Assembly: GCF_018350175.1 (NCBI RefSeq) | Contig: NC_058368.1 | Span: 41,294,001 to 41,358,000, forward strand | Reading direction: 5' to 3' | Origin: Felis catus | Taxonomy: Eukaryota | DNA: 64,000 nucleotides | Shown here: piece after piece, positions 38,830 through 50,941 of the stretch | How positions within the stretch are numbered: position 1 is the first letter of the stretch | Layout of the letters: every line of letters begins with the position of its first letter | Program-made: the position numbers and the translations under genes | Notes under the pieces: generated by a model | The model's database searches: none | What the model was told of the DNA's origin: nothing | The model's input: only the letters and a program-made list of their open reading frames with translations

Positions 38830-39705
38830 TCAGAGAGTCCCCCTTAAAATTTCTTGCAGGGCTGGTTTAGTGGTCACAAACCCCTTTTATTTTTGTTTGT
38901 CTGGGAAACTTTTTATCTCTCCTTCTGTTTTGAATGACAGCCTTGCTCAATAAAGAATTCTTGGCTGCATATTTTTCTGATTCATCACACTGAATATATC
39001 CCTCCACTCTTTTGTGGCCTGCCTAGTTTCTGTGGATAGGTCTGCTGCAAACCTGATCTGTCTTTCCTGTTGGTTAGGGACTTTTTTTCCCTTGCTGCTT
39101 TCATGATTCTCTCCTTGCCTGAGTATTTTGTGAATTTGACTCTGATATGCCTTGTTGATGGTCAGTTTTTGTTGAATCTAATGGGAGTCCTCTGTGCTTC
39201 CTGGATTTTGATGTCTGTGTCTTTCCCCAGTTTTGGAAAGTTTTGTGCTATGGTTTGCTCACATAACCCTTCTACCCCTATTTCTCTCTTTCTCCTCTGG
39301 GACCCTTATGTTTCTGATGTTCCTTTTTCATGAGTCACTGATTTCTCTAATTATTAAACCGTGCTCTTTTGCCTTAATCTCCCTCTTTTTTTCTGCTTTG
39401 TTATTCTCTATAAATTTGTCCTCTATATCACTGATTCTCTGTTCTGCCTCATCCATCCTTGCCGCCGCTTCATCCATCCATGATTGCAGCTCAGTTATAG
39501 AATTTTTAATTTCATTCTGGCTATTTTTTTACTTCTTCCTTCTCTGCAGAAAGGGATTCTAATCTATTTTAGACTCCAGCTAGTAATCTTATTATTGTGA
39601 TTCTAAATTCTGGTTCAGACATCTTGCTTGTGTCTGTATTGGTTACATACCTGGCCCTCATTTCTTTGTGCTCTTTCCTTGGGGTGAATTCCTTTGTTTT
39701 GTCAT
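38830..39705 (-). pseudogene. L1 ORF1 (RNA-binding protein), disrupted
   Basis: Starts ATGACAAAACAAAGGAATTCACCCCAA (MTKQRNSPQ) at 39705 and ends ...EILRGTL* (TGA at 38830); no minus-strand ORF of 60 aa or more in the supplied track, so it is broken. Confidence 0.8.
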
Positions 39706-41854
39706 GTTGAAGGGAGAAAAGGAATTAATGAGGTAGAAAAATTGAAATTTAAAACATTAAAATTAAAAATATTAAAATTAAAAATTAAAAACACACACAC
39801 AAAAATCGAATAGATGATGCTACATCCAAGGTGTGTTTTGGTCTGGGTGTTGAAAGTGGTTTGACAGGTTAGAGAAAAAAAGGGGGGGGGAAGGAAATCG
39901 TTTGAAAATTTGAAAAAATGAATACACTAAAGTAGACTAAAATGAGATGATGTGGGTAAAATAGAATTTGAAAAAATATACACAAAAGTAGAGAATATAG
40001 TAGAAAAAATCAAAGAAAAATATTTTTAATTAAATATTAAAAAGAAATGATTTTTTTCATTTTCTGTATTTAAGAAAAAAGAATAGAAAAGAAATGAAAA
40101 GGAGAAAAGATAAAAAAGAAAGAAAAAAGAAAAAAGAAATCATTTGAAAATTTGAAAAAGTGAATACACTGTAGTAGACTAAAATAAAATGATGGGAGTA
40201 AGTTAGAATTTGAAAAAATTTACATAAAATAAAAAATATAGTAATAAAAATTAAATAAAAATATTCTTAAAAGAAATTGAAAGTAAAAATGAAGTTTTTA
40301 TCTTTCTGCATTCAAGAAAAAGAAAAGAAATGAAAAAGAGAAAAAAGAAAAAGAAAGAATAAAGGAAACTGTTGGAAAATTAGAAAAGGTGAGTACACTG
40401 GAATAGACTAAAATAAAATGATGGAAGTAAAGTAGAATTTGAAAAAAATTACACAAAAGTAAAAATATAGTAATAAAAATTAAAGACATACTTTTAATAA
40501 AAATTGAAAATAAAAATGAGTTTTTTCTCTTTCTGTATTCAAGAAAAAGAAAAGAATTGTGAAAGAGAAAAAGGAAAAAGAGAAAAAAAAGAAAAAAATT
40601 GAATAGATGAACCTGGTAACAGATTGAAGACAAAAATTACTTCGTTTTCCCCTAGATGTCAGTCCATGTAGCTCTTTATCATCTATAAATTAAGCCGGCG
40701 GTGAGACCTGTGTTCTTGAAGAGCGAAGTTGGCCCATTTGGCGGAGCTCGGTATAACAGCTGCGTTCTCCACTAGATGGTGCGGCTAGCCTACTGGGGTG
40801 GATTGTTGCAGTGCTTGTAGGTTCTGTGCACGGGAGCCGTGAAAATGGCGCCACCCACCTACCCAGTCTGTTCTCGCGGATCAGCAATCACACACCAGTC
40901 CTCTGTCTTCAGCTCTCATCCACTCCCCACTTTTTCATTCTCTGTGACCAGGCCCCAGGCAGTGCCCTCTCCCAAGTTTTGTCTCAGATGCAACTGTTTT
41001 CCCCAGCCCCTTACTTCCAAAGGACTGCGGCTTTGACCTGTTCTGCCCCTCTGCAAGAGGGTCTCACTGAGCAATGGCCAAATGAGCAATGGCTGAATGT
41101 CGGCTGCACCCCAGAACGCCCACTTGACCCTGTTGTTGCCGGTGCCCTGAGACTGCAGCCAGGTGCCAGCCCGCCCCAGAAAATGTTGGCGAGACAGTGT
41201 AGCAGCAGCGCCTCAGGGATTACGGAAAATCACAACACACATCTGGCACCAGGCTTCACCCTCAATGACTTTGCACCAGCACCAGCGAATGTGGCCATTC
41301 TTGGGGTCCGCTGGGACTAGGTGGCTTCAACAGTCTCTACCGAATGTCCTTCCAGTAGTGGAACAGCTTTTCCCCATGTGGCCCGAGAACCTCCTGGACC
41401 TCACTCTGTTCCTGGGGATTCGCCCTTCCCACCAGAGCACCACCAGGTATGGAGCTGCAGAGTTGCAGCCTTTGCGCTCCCCTTGTTTACAGTCTTAATG
41501 GAATTTAAACCCTCTCCTTTCTCCTTTCCTCTTTCTCCCTTTTTAGTTCAGTCCCTGCAGCTGTTTCCAATTTTCCACTTTCCCTCCAGCTGCTTTTGGG
41601 GAGGGGTGCTTTTCCCGAATGCCTCCCCCCAGTCTCCGTCCTCTCTCCGCCCGCAAAAGGGGTTGCCTACCTTTCGCGGCTTCTTGCTTCCCAAAGTTTA
41701 GCTCTCCGTGCCACGTACGTGCTGAATTCTGTGGTTCAGGTTGTGCAGATTGTTGTGTTACTCCTCCAATCAGTTTTCTAGGTGTGTAGGATGGTTTAGT
41801 GTTGGTCTGGCTGTATTTCATGGATGCAGACACACGAAAAGCTTCCGTGCTGTT

Positions 41855-41873
41855 CCACCATCTTGGCTCCTCC
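41855..41873 (-). promoter_or_regulatory. L1 internal promoter start with YY1-type motif (CAAGATGG)
   Basis: Minus strand ggaggagccaagatggtgg at the exact 5' end of the element; L1 5' ends carry a YY1 site at this position. Confidence 0.7.
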
Positions 41874-42254
41874 TGGAAGCATGAATTTGTATATTGCCTT
41901 AGCACTCATAGACTAAACATATGCATATTAACAATTCTTTTAAAAAAGATTAAATAATTTGCATTACTTGATATTACATTATATTCCTGCAACTTAAGAC
42001 CTAATCTAACTTCAGTTTTTACTCCTGTCCCTTAGCTATTGCCTTTGAATTAGCAGACAGACTAGTTCATGAGTCATGCAAAAAATTGCTTAGTGTTCAG
42101 CTTTGTGCTATATGAGGAATGTGCTATATGAGGAATCCAGATAAAATATATGCAGATGTTTATATATTTATTTTACAAAACTTATTGAGTGCCTAGTATA
42201 TGTGATCCCATTAAGAAATATGTAAAACAGTATCTTTGCCTGAAAGAAATGCCA

Positions 42255-43290
42255 ACCAAGATGGTGACAGAGGACGCGGCTGAATTTTTCTCTTCCCATT
42301 GGAGGCATCAACTACACAACTATACAGAGATCAGGTCCCTCTGAGACAAATCCAGAAACTAGTTGACTGAGTCCTCTATCCTGGGCAACTGAGAAAATAA
42401 ATACCTACGTTGAAATGGATAGGAAAGGCAGAGACAAACTCTCACAGTAAACTCCAGCTCCAGAACAGTGTCTTAACAAGTGGGAGGGAACTTCCAACTC
42501 TCAGCTTCGCCCTGAGGGATGAAGGAGCACTTAGGCCACACAGCTAGCACCCTAGCTTTTAAGACTGCCAACTGAGGAATGAGCTCCTAAATCATCTAGC
42601 TCTGAGAGCCAAAGAGACTTGCATTTACAAGTTTCACAAGACTATAGCAAACCGAGAAGCAGTTGTTAAATGGGTATGTGAGGACTGTTCGTGGCTATTC
42701 CCATCCAGCAGTGAGAGAACAGACAAAAACACCCATCTCCCAGATTTGCCATGGAAAAGATTTGACTGCATACTACTCAGATGCTGCCAGAGAGTCTGGC
42801 TCCTAACAACTCCCGATCTAGACACCGAGTGGTATCCAGGCTGTAGCCAGAAAGAGCCAGTGGGCACTTCCCCTACCATCTTCTCTCCACTTGCTTCAAC
42901 AATAAAATCAAGCCTGCAGCTTCTCCCTAGAAGCAACTTGCCAATATATCTAGCACCCAAACTTTTGCAGCTGCCACCCAGGAGATGGATTCGAATCACC
43001 TAGTCTGATAGCCAATGGGGCTTTGCATTAGTGAGTCCCATAGGAACATATTAAACAAACAAGGAAACAAACAAAAAACAGTTATCAAATGGGCACACAC
43101 TCCCTACTACAGCTCTTCTTTCCAGGCTCAATGCAGAGGGAGCAGGCAAAAATGTCCAGCTACCAGTTTCTCCCGGAAAGGGATTTGACTGCATACTTTC
43201 ATAGCTGCTGCCTCAGGATGCAGCTTCTAATCAGCCTGCATGTAAGAGCTTATTGGGACGCTCCAGGGAGCCTGATAGAGCTGTGGACAC
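42255..43290 (+). mobile_element. Old L1 5'UTR relic with internal monomer repeats and no recognisable ORF body
   Basis: Begins ccaagatggtgacagagg; diverged internal repeats (ctagctctgagagccaa...gatttgactgcatact at ~42596-42775 vs ctagtctgatagccaa...gatttgactgcatact at ~43000-43197). Confidence 0.65.
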
Positions 43291-45024
43291 AAAAGATATA
43301 TAGATTGATAAATGAAGCACAACCCTGAGTGTTGTATGGTAGAGGGGTTAATCTTTCCCATTTGTAAATCTGTTTGTAATCAGAATTTTACGATACGTTC
43401 CTATGTGACATATTAAAACCCTAAGCTACCGTAATTTTTCATTTAAAAAAAGTAGGAAAAAAATTCGGAAACAAAACACGATAGGTAATAAAGATTTCTG
43501 GTGACATTGCAAGAATCTGGCAAAGATTAGGAAGAAATGTTAATAACAGATGCTAATGTTAAAACTAGCCAGGCTGGGCTGAAATTGAAGAAAGTTGTAC
43601 TTATCTTGGATATTTGGAAAACTTTTTGACAGTAAGGTCAATCAAACTAGAAAAGTTTTAATAATGAGGTAGCTATGGCAAAGTCACTAAACATCTTCAA
43701 ATAAAGTTTAGCCATATTAATGGAAATGGTCAGAGAGCTCTTCTTTGGACCAGCCATTTCTTGCAATCACTGCATTTGCTTTTAAACTTACCACCTAAAA
43801 GTTTCAATAGGTTACTGTCTCCAGACAACGGACATTTGAAATGACAGTCCTTAATCTTTCTGTACCTCAAAGCATCAAAAGTCCCTATGAAGAACAGTGA
43901 GAATCTTGAAGTCAAAGATTAAAAATCATGGTTCGCAACAAGCACAAAATTTAATATGGTGAATCAGGCATACAAAAAAAAAAGTAAAATTTAAGGTAAG
44001 TTGTTTAATTTCCTTGATCAAATTTCTCAGTTTCCAAAACCTGGCAGAAAGTATAAGAAAGAGTATAGATGCAACTCAAAGTATGCCTTTTTTTTTTTTG
44101 AGATTGCTTTCTATCCAGGAGAGATTATTATTTGATTATAGATTTCTGTTGTATTTATGTAAAAAGTAGCAGCTATATGATCATGGATTATTGCTATGCC
44201 AATGTGAAAAACTATAAATTATACATCACATAATCTTTAAGCTGTAGATTGGGGAAAAAAGCAATTAGATATTTTAATAATGAAAATAGAAAGGAATGCA
44301 AGTATGGAGAATTTTATTAGATCAAGGATGAATCTTTCAAGGACATGAAGAAATTCCCTAAAAGAGCGAAATGATTAGAAAATAGTATGGTTCTACCTCC
44401 TCCAAAGTAAAAGGAAAACTAGAACTTATTCAATTGTTTTAAATAGTGCCATACTTTAGATATGTAATTCAGAATGGAAAGCCCAATTTCCTTCATTATA
44501 TGGAGACAAAAATAAGGTTACTTTTTCTAATGGCACTTCTAATATTTGGAGACAAGACATAATACCTGACAAAATTTATTTGAATTAAATAATGTCTGTT
44601 AGTAACTAAATCAACACCCTGGAGGTTGATATATAGACACAATACATCCATTCCATCTACAACTACTGCCTTACTATGTCACTTTCTCAGGCACTATGCC
44701 AGGCACCAGATACATCAAGATGGAAAATGTAAGAAACCCATAGAATTCAGCTGCAAGTTAGTTTCAAATGTCACTCCTAAAAATTTCATCTACTTTCATT
44801 TAAGTATTCCTTCAGAAACCTTTTTTTTTCTTTACCATTTATAGTTTATTTTCACATTAAAAATGTACACTAATATTGACGGGGATAGATACTACATTGT
44901 GCATGGATTCTACACATACCCTTCAGGCAGCAATGTTGTACATGGGAACTACAGAATCTTCATTGATTTTATATAGAGCTCTATATACATCTCCAGTAAT
45001 AACCAGTAATAACCAGTTGAACAT

Positions 45025-45205
45025 TTTCAGCACACTGTATTCCCAATAGCCCTATGAGTGCCTCCTTATAGAGATACAGTAACTGAAGCTACGAGAGGTT
45101 TGCAACTTGCCCAGGGCTAAAATTGTGTCATTGTCGAGGGACATGATTTCAACTCTTGGACAGTCTGACTCCTAAGACTGCTCTTAACTACTTCAGTATA
45201 TCCTG
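45025..45205 (-). mobile_element. MIR SINE relic
   Basis: gtaactgaagctacgagaggtttgcaacttgcccagggct...gatttcaactcttggacagtctgactcc = MIR core. Confidence 0.75.
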
Positions 45206-45589
45206 CTGGTCATAGATTAAGTGACCTTCCAAGAAAATTCCCAGAGCAAATATTCTCAATGCGTGAAAATTCCCTACCACAATTATCTTCTGTGTTGGAT
45301 TGCTGTATAATCAGGCACCTGAAAACATATTTAAACATACTATGGGAATGGTGTGTATATTATGCCAGTCATTATAAAATAACTTTTAGAAACTAGACAG
45401 TCCTGTGCATAATTGGAAAAATAGCATGGATAGGATTTTTTTCATGAGATTATATATGTATTTTTTAATTTTTAATAATACTAAAATGTAAGCTAAGAAA
45501 TCAGCCAGTTAACACAATGAATATCCTATATTCATTGGATGGTGCTCTTGGATTGGGAGAATGACTGCTCTTTACAAGAGCTGTTGCAA

Positions 45590-45940
45590 TCTGAAATGCT
45601 TCTTCTTCACCTGGCTGCACAACACCTTTGCCGCTCTGATTGCTCCACAGTGGGCCAGTCTTTCCCCTGATATTATTTCCCAGTATTCTGTAGCCATGCT
45701 TCATTACTTGAAATTGTTCTTCAATGTGTCTGCAGCATGTTCCTTCAGCTTACCCCATTTGAGATCTCCCCACTTCAGCTCACCATACAACAGCTGGCCA
45801 GGTATCCTGCTGCCATCCATTTTTTACACTTGTGCAGTCCAGTGGAGATGCATTGTAGCAACTGTAACTTCGCTGCTGTTGGATTGGCTGTCTTCCAAGA
45901 CTCCGTGTTGGTGAATATGTCCCCTCTTGCGATGCTAACT
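45590..45940 (-). mobile_element. Ancient RTE-clade LINE relic (L4 / MamRTE-like), post-RT domain
   Basis: Minus translation TNTE/VLEDSQSNSSEVTVATMHLHWTAQV*KMDGSRIPGQLLYGELKWGDLKWGKLKEHAADTLKNNFK**SMATEYWE matches the RTE motif TN.EVL...LRW.GHV.RM...R.PKQLLYGEL..G.R..G...R.KD.LK. Confidence 0.85.
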
Positions 45941-46699
45941 AAAATCAATGTTAAACATGATGACCAATATTCTGCTTCCTTTTTAATTATGGCACGTTAG
46001 TAAACATCTATATAACTTTATACTCTACATAATATTTCTCATTAATCTGGTTACTTAAATGCTTAGTTTGGTAACATATTTCTTTTACCATGATTTAAAT
46101 AGAACATTATTAATTAATATGTTAGACAACTGAACAACTGATGCAGTTGGCATGACCTTACAGCTATATGAAAGCTTACATATTAATCAACAGTCTCTAG
46201 GGAATTATTCAGAACTTTTATTAGATTCAGTTGTGCAAAAAAGCATAATGAACACCAGCTATCCATAGAAAACATTAAGGTTGCACTAGACAAGATACAT
46301 GTAGAACCACAAATATTCTCATAAGCTTCCCTTAAGATATGGAAAAATATTCAGAATATCAACATATATTTTGAAAAGCAACCAGCAAGAAACCAGATAC
46401 TAATAAAAAATATGAATCTAGTCACTAATATGTTTAAGATATTGGCTTATGTATTATTTTGAGCTCCAAATATAGCAAAATATCTAAAAATTGTTACTCT
46501 TTACACGACCTTATTGCATAAGTGATCTCACGGCTGACTTGATATTCAGTTTCCACACACTTCTACATAAAATACTCATAAATTAGAGGCAACATGAAAT
46601 GACCAAATACATAAAAGTGAATTCATTAGCATTTTCCATTCATATTCAGTATATGATGAAGTTTATTGGTTTTCTTATATAGAAAGACACCATAAAAAA

Positions 46700-47270
46700 A
46701 CAGAATGTGATTGAAATTGTTATGTTAGAAACGTTCATGGGGGGCACATGAGTACTACAGGGAGAAGTACTGCCAGGAAGAAAAAGTAACAAGAAAACAA
46801 AGTATAGTTACAGATAGATCGATTATGACGGTATTAGGCAGACCATATTGATACACAATAAGTCACTGAATTATAGTAAATTATGTAGCTTCTTTGACTA
46901 AAAGCTAATCCTCATACATGATTAGTACCACATAATGTCAAGGTTGGTTGTGTTAATAATTTTTATCTGCAAGATGGGAGTAACAAATAAAGGCTAACAT
47001 GAGGTTGGTAGAGGAGAAGCAGTTATGCATATCAGCCAAAATACAAAATAGTGATTGGTCTTTTTTTTTTTTTACTTTTGGAAAATATTCTTGGCTTGTT
47101 CTGTGCTCAGAAATGGTTATGGAGTGGTCTTGTTTTTGTATTGATCCTTCATGCTCACAATGGCTTTGTCAGATTTGAATGTGTTATGAAGTTGTTTATG
47201 TCAAGTAGGAGAACACCATGGCTTGGCTGAGCATGCCAAGGCAGCTCGGAGCAGCACCAAGCTGTAGATG
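46700..47270. mobile_element. Probable ERV LTR relic (family unresolved)
   Basis: ggtcttgtttttgtattgatccttcatgctcacaatggctttgtc...ttgtttatgtcaagtaggagaacaccatggc resembles ancient eutherian LTR sequence; from recall only. Confidence 0.4.
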
Positions 47271-48382
47271 GTAGTGTCAGACCATCTTCCAGTTTCCAGT
47301 GGTAACTTTTCTCTTTGTCAAAGCTAATAGTCTGAGAAAACTAAGGCTCATTATAGGGAGCACTTTCAAACACCTAGATAATGTAAACCAAGAATTCTAG
47401 TTTATTGTTTGTGCATGGTACCACAGCAACATTCTGTTTTCCAGAATAAATGTCTAGAGCTCTTTTCCTTCTTCTTCTTCTACCCAGTTCTGCCACATCA
47501 TACTATAATTCCAGTATAATGCATGCTCATATTTGATGTAGTTATCAAATGATAAGATTTTGCACATAATGTGTGTTTAAAATTTAATGCTACCTGGAGT
47601 ATAGGTTCCCTGTATATAACTGGTAAACATAAAATCAATAAAATCATAAAAGCGATTGTGTAAGATGTGTAATGTCATCTTTCAAAAATGTAAATTGCCA
47701 TTTTGTGAACTTCTATTATGCATACAGCAATTTATTTTCAGTCAGTTCAACTTCTTCCCATCCTTCCTGTTCTAGCTGGCTCCAGTTTTCTGTGCCAGAG
47801 TCCAAATTGCAAGGGCCTGCGACATTAGAAGACTTTGTATTTTTTGGTGTATTATCATCTAGTATTACTGATTTACACAGAGACACTTACTTTTGCAGCT
47901 GATCTTTAGAACTCCACACATTGCACGATTTTTTCCTCCTCATCCAGACTGCAAACCACGTCAAGTTCATTGGCCCTTGGCACTACGCCCATGGTACTCT
48001 TACGTACCAGGTTCCAGAGCAAACTGGAGCTGGGGAAAACTCTGGAGGCTGCCTCAGACATACCTGTATAGACAATTCACAAAGACATTTCTCTTCATTC
48101 CCTACCACATTGGTGCAAGGACACTTAAATATCAAGCAGAGGACCCTACTCTCAATAGCCCAAATTATCTGGGTATTCTAATACCAGTCTTTCTTAGAGT
48201 CAATTAGAAACAAAGTCCTCAGCATCTGGTTCCATCATTTTCTTTTTCTCAATCTAGAGCATCTTTATTTAGTTCAGTTTACTCTTGACTCTTAATCTAC
48301 CCTTCTAAATCTATTGTTCATAAATTTAATGATATTCCTTAAATCCAACCTTCTAGCTTTGGTTTGTAAAATGCACGATTTT

Positions 48383-48584
48383 GGGTGGACCTGTGTGGCT
48401 CCGTCAGTTAAGCGTCCAACTCTTGATTTCAGCTTAGGTCAAGATCTCACAATTCATGGGATAGAGCCCATGTGGGGCTCTGTGCTGACAGTGTGGAGCC
48501 TGCTTTGGATTCTTTCTCCCTCCCTCAGCCCCTCCCCAGTTTGTTCTCTCTCTCTCTCAAAATAAATTAAAACTTAAAAAAATG
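48383..48584 (+). mobile_element. Can-SINE (older subtype)
   Basis: Head with ...aagcgtccaactcttgatttcagc; imperfect TSD aaatg(c/a)ac(g/t)attttgg. Confidence 0.93.
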
Positions 48585-50691
48585 AAATGAACTATTTTGG
48601 AGACAGTAAGGGGTACATAGCAATATATGGAAAATGACATAGGTTAATCTTCCAAAGTCTTATTCTGCCAGATATATTTTTCAATGGAGGAAAGCTATAA
48701 GGACTTCAGCTTTTCTTTTAATTTTTAATATGTCCTTATATCTTGTTTACTAAGAAATACTCTGATATGTACACGTTTTAAAATGTAAGTTGAAATTCAT
48801 TATAATAAAATATTGTGTCTTGAAGTGTGATATTTTAGACCTGACAATATCCAATTTTTAAAACCCTCATGGATTTTATTATTATCTGTAGAATATATAT
48901 GTAATCTAAGGAAGAGTAAAACATTTACTGCATTATATTCTGCAGAAGTAATTATTTTACACAATAGAAGTATTTTCTATATGTTGAAATAAACAAAATA
49001 TATGAAGTTATTATTTTGAAATCCCAGAAGATATAAATAACCAAACTTTGTCTACAGAAGCACATAGAAATGGTTTAAATTAAATTTTCTTCAGGTTGCT
49101 GTCCTGTGTACAGAATCATGGAGTGATTTTTTATTTTCCCAAATTGTAAATCCTCGGGAGGAAAAAGAACTATTAATGGGATCACTGCTGGAACTTAAAT
49201 TTCTTTTGAGTTCACCAGATGATGACAGTTTAAGAGACGCAAAAATGTGTTGCTGTTGTAGACTGCTAAATGCAGCATCCCAGAGCGGAAATTTTATTCA
49301 GATCTCTATCAGGAGTTCAAAGATGTGATGCAGCTCTAAGTAGGTCTCATGACTTTTCAAAATTAACTTCCTTTTTGTGTCACTGGGATATTGTGAGAGA
49401 ACTACTATTCTGGATGATAGATGATCTGTATTATAAATGAGTAAATGGGCTCCACTGAGAACCTCAAAATGACCTAAGATGATCTCTTCTTCAGATTGGA
49501 AGCTTGGAAATTTTGGTTGGCTTTAAATTTTGAGGATTTTTGTTTAATGGGAACACATTGTTAATATGATAAATCTATAAGTTTCTTTTTAAGAATCTTA
49601 AGAGAATTTAAATTGGACTGGACATTTTCCAAAGAAATAACTCACACATATATATTAGACTCCCAAAAGGAGTTTTAAGATCTAAGAAACACAACTTTGG
49701 AAGGTCATGCTTAGCAACCAAAAAAAGTAACACTTAAAGTGTCTTCCTAAACTTGAATTTGAAGGTGAAGAAAATATTTCTTATTATTATTCTGTTAGAT
49801 TGCAGATAAAGGTAAGGGACCATTTTAATGTAATTTATTCCAACTGTTGTGAACACTGTCTAATTAGGTGTAGAATTTAGCTTATGTTGGCAACATTGAA
49901 CTAGATTTGAAAGAAGTAGTACCCTGAAAGGGCCAGTGTGGTTGAAAGCCATACTTACAAAAGATCTACTTGCTAAATAGATGCTCACTTCATGGTCCAA
50001 TATTCAGTTTAGAATTATTTTATCCGTGGCTTTGGAATATGAAGCCAGGATATCATAGTTTCATTTATTAAGCATAGATACCTGAAAGTATTTTTTCTGG
50101 TTTTGAATTTTTTTAAAAACTGCAAATTTTAAATCTTTGTAGGGTGATTTTTCAACATCTGTGTAATTCAACAGATATTGGCTAAGTAGAACTTACTCCC
50201 TCTGTCAGGGAACATAATTAAAAAGATGACTAAAGTGGTATGCCCATCCTAAAGTAGTTTAGAGCCATTATAAGATAAGAACAAATTCTTAATTTTATAT
50301 TTTTACTAGTATGCACTGGTTCCTTTAAATATCCAAAGTAAAAGTTATAAGGTCCTGTTCATTTGGGCCTTAGAATATTTGTCAACAGCCTTTTAAGAGA
50401 AAGTACTTCTTACAAGTTTTTAAGAAAAGTCACTATATCTTCCATGAGGCTAAAAATGGTTTCTCCATACAGTGAAGACAATTCACAATAGAATTAAAAA
50501 TAATTAAAACTTCTAAGATCAATGTCAAAGAGACCAAGTATAGAAGAAATAAATAAGAGCCAGAAACTGCATTGTTGTTTTTAAATGGATAAAAAGAAAG
50601 AATGTAAACTATAATGTGATCCCAAGTACTAGAAATATTCACACAGATCCCTATGTGTATATATATTTAAGAACCTAAAACAATTACAAAT

Positions 50692-50941
50692 AAAAGGAAT
50701 GAAGGAAGGAAGGAAAGAAGGAAGGAAGGTAGGAAGGAAAGGAAGAAGGGAAGGAAGGAAGGAAGGAAGGAAGGAAGGAAGGAAGGAAGGAAGGAAGGAA
50801 GGAAGAAGGAGAGGAGGGAGAGAAGGAGAGAGGGAGGAAGGAGGGATGGAAGGTAGGAAGAAGGAAAGGAAAAGAGAGAGAGAGGGAAGGAGAGAGGCAG
50901 AGTGAGACGGAGGGAGGGAGGAAGTAAGAAAAGAAGGAAGA
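50692..50941. repeat. Purine-rich (GGAA)n / GA low-complexity tract
   Basis: Read directly. Confidence 0.97.

Larger units (their letters stand above)
34449..41873 (-). mobile_element. Full-length felid LINE-1 (decayed), ~7.2 kb plus nested SINE
   Basis: Perfect 17-bp TSD tggaagcatgaatttgt at 34432-34448 and 41874-41890; 5' end ggaggagccaagatgg; GC-rich 5'UTR, ORF1, ORF2, 3'UTR and A-rich tail all present. Confidence 0.97.

Noticed and set aside
39895..40610. Regularly spaced repeats as a CRISPR-like or satellite array
   Set aside because: Eukaryotic L1 leader tandem units with no unique spacers
44970..44987. 18-bp perfect palindrome tatatagagctctatata
   Set aside because: AT-rich and short; plausible by chance in 64 kb
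47886..48070. Possible minus-strand exon bounded by tatacag and gtaagt; overlapping plus ORFs of 104 and 86 aa
   Set aside because: All three minus frames contain stops and none of the peptides is recognisable; could only be non-coding
49090..49300. ~68-codon stop-free minus frame (IKFPLWDAAFSSLQQQH...)
   Set aside because: No start codon, no convincing splice sites, no recognisable domain
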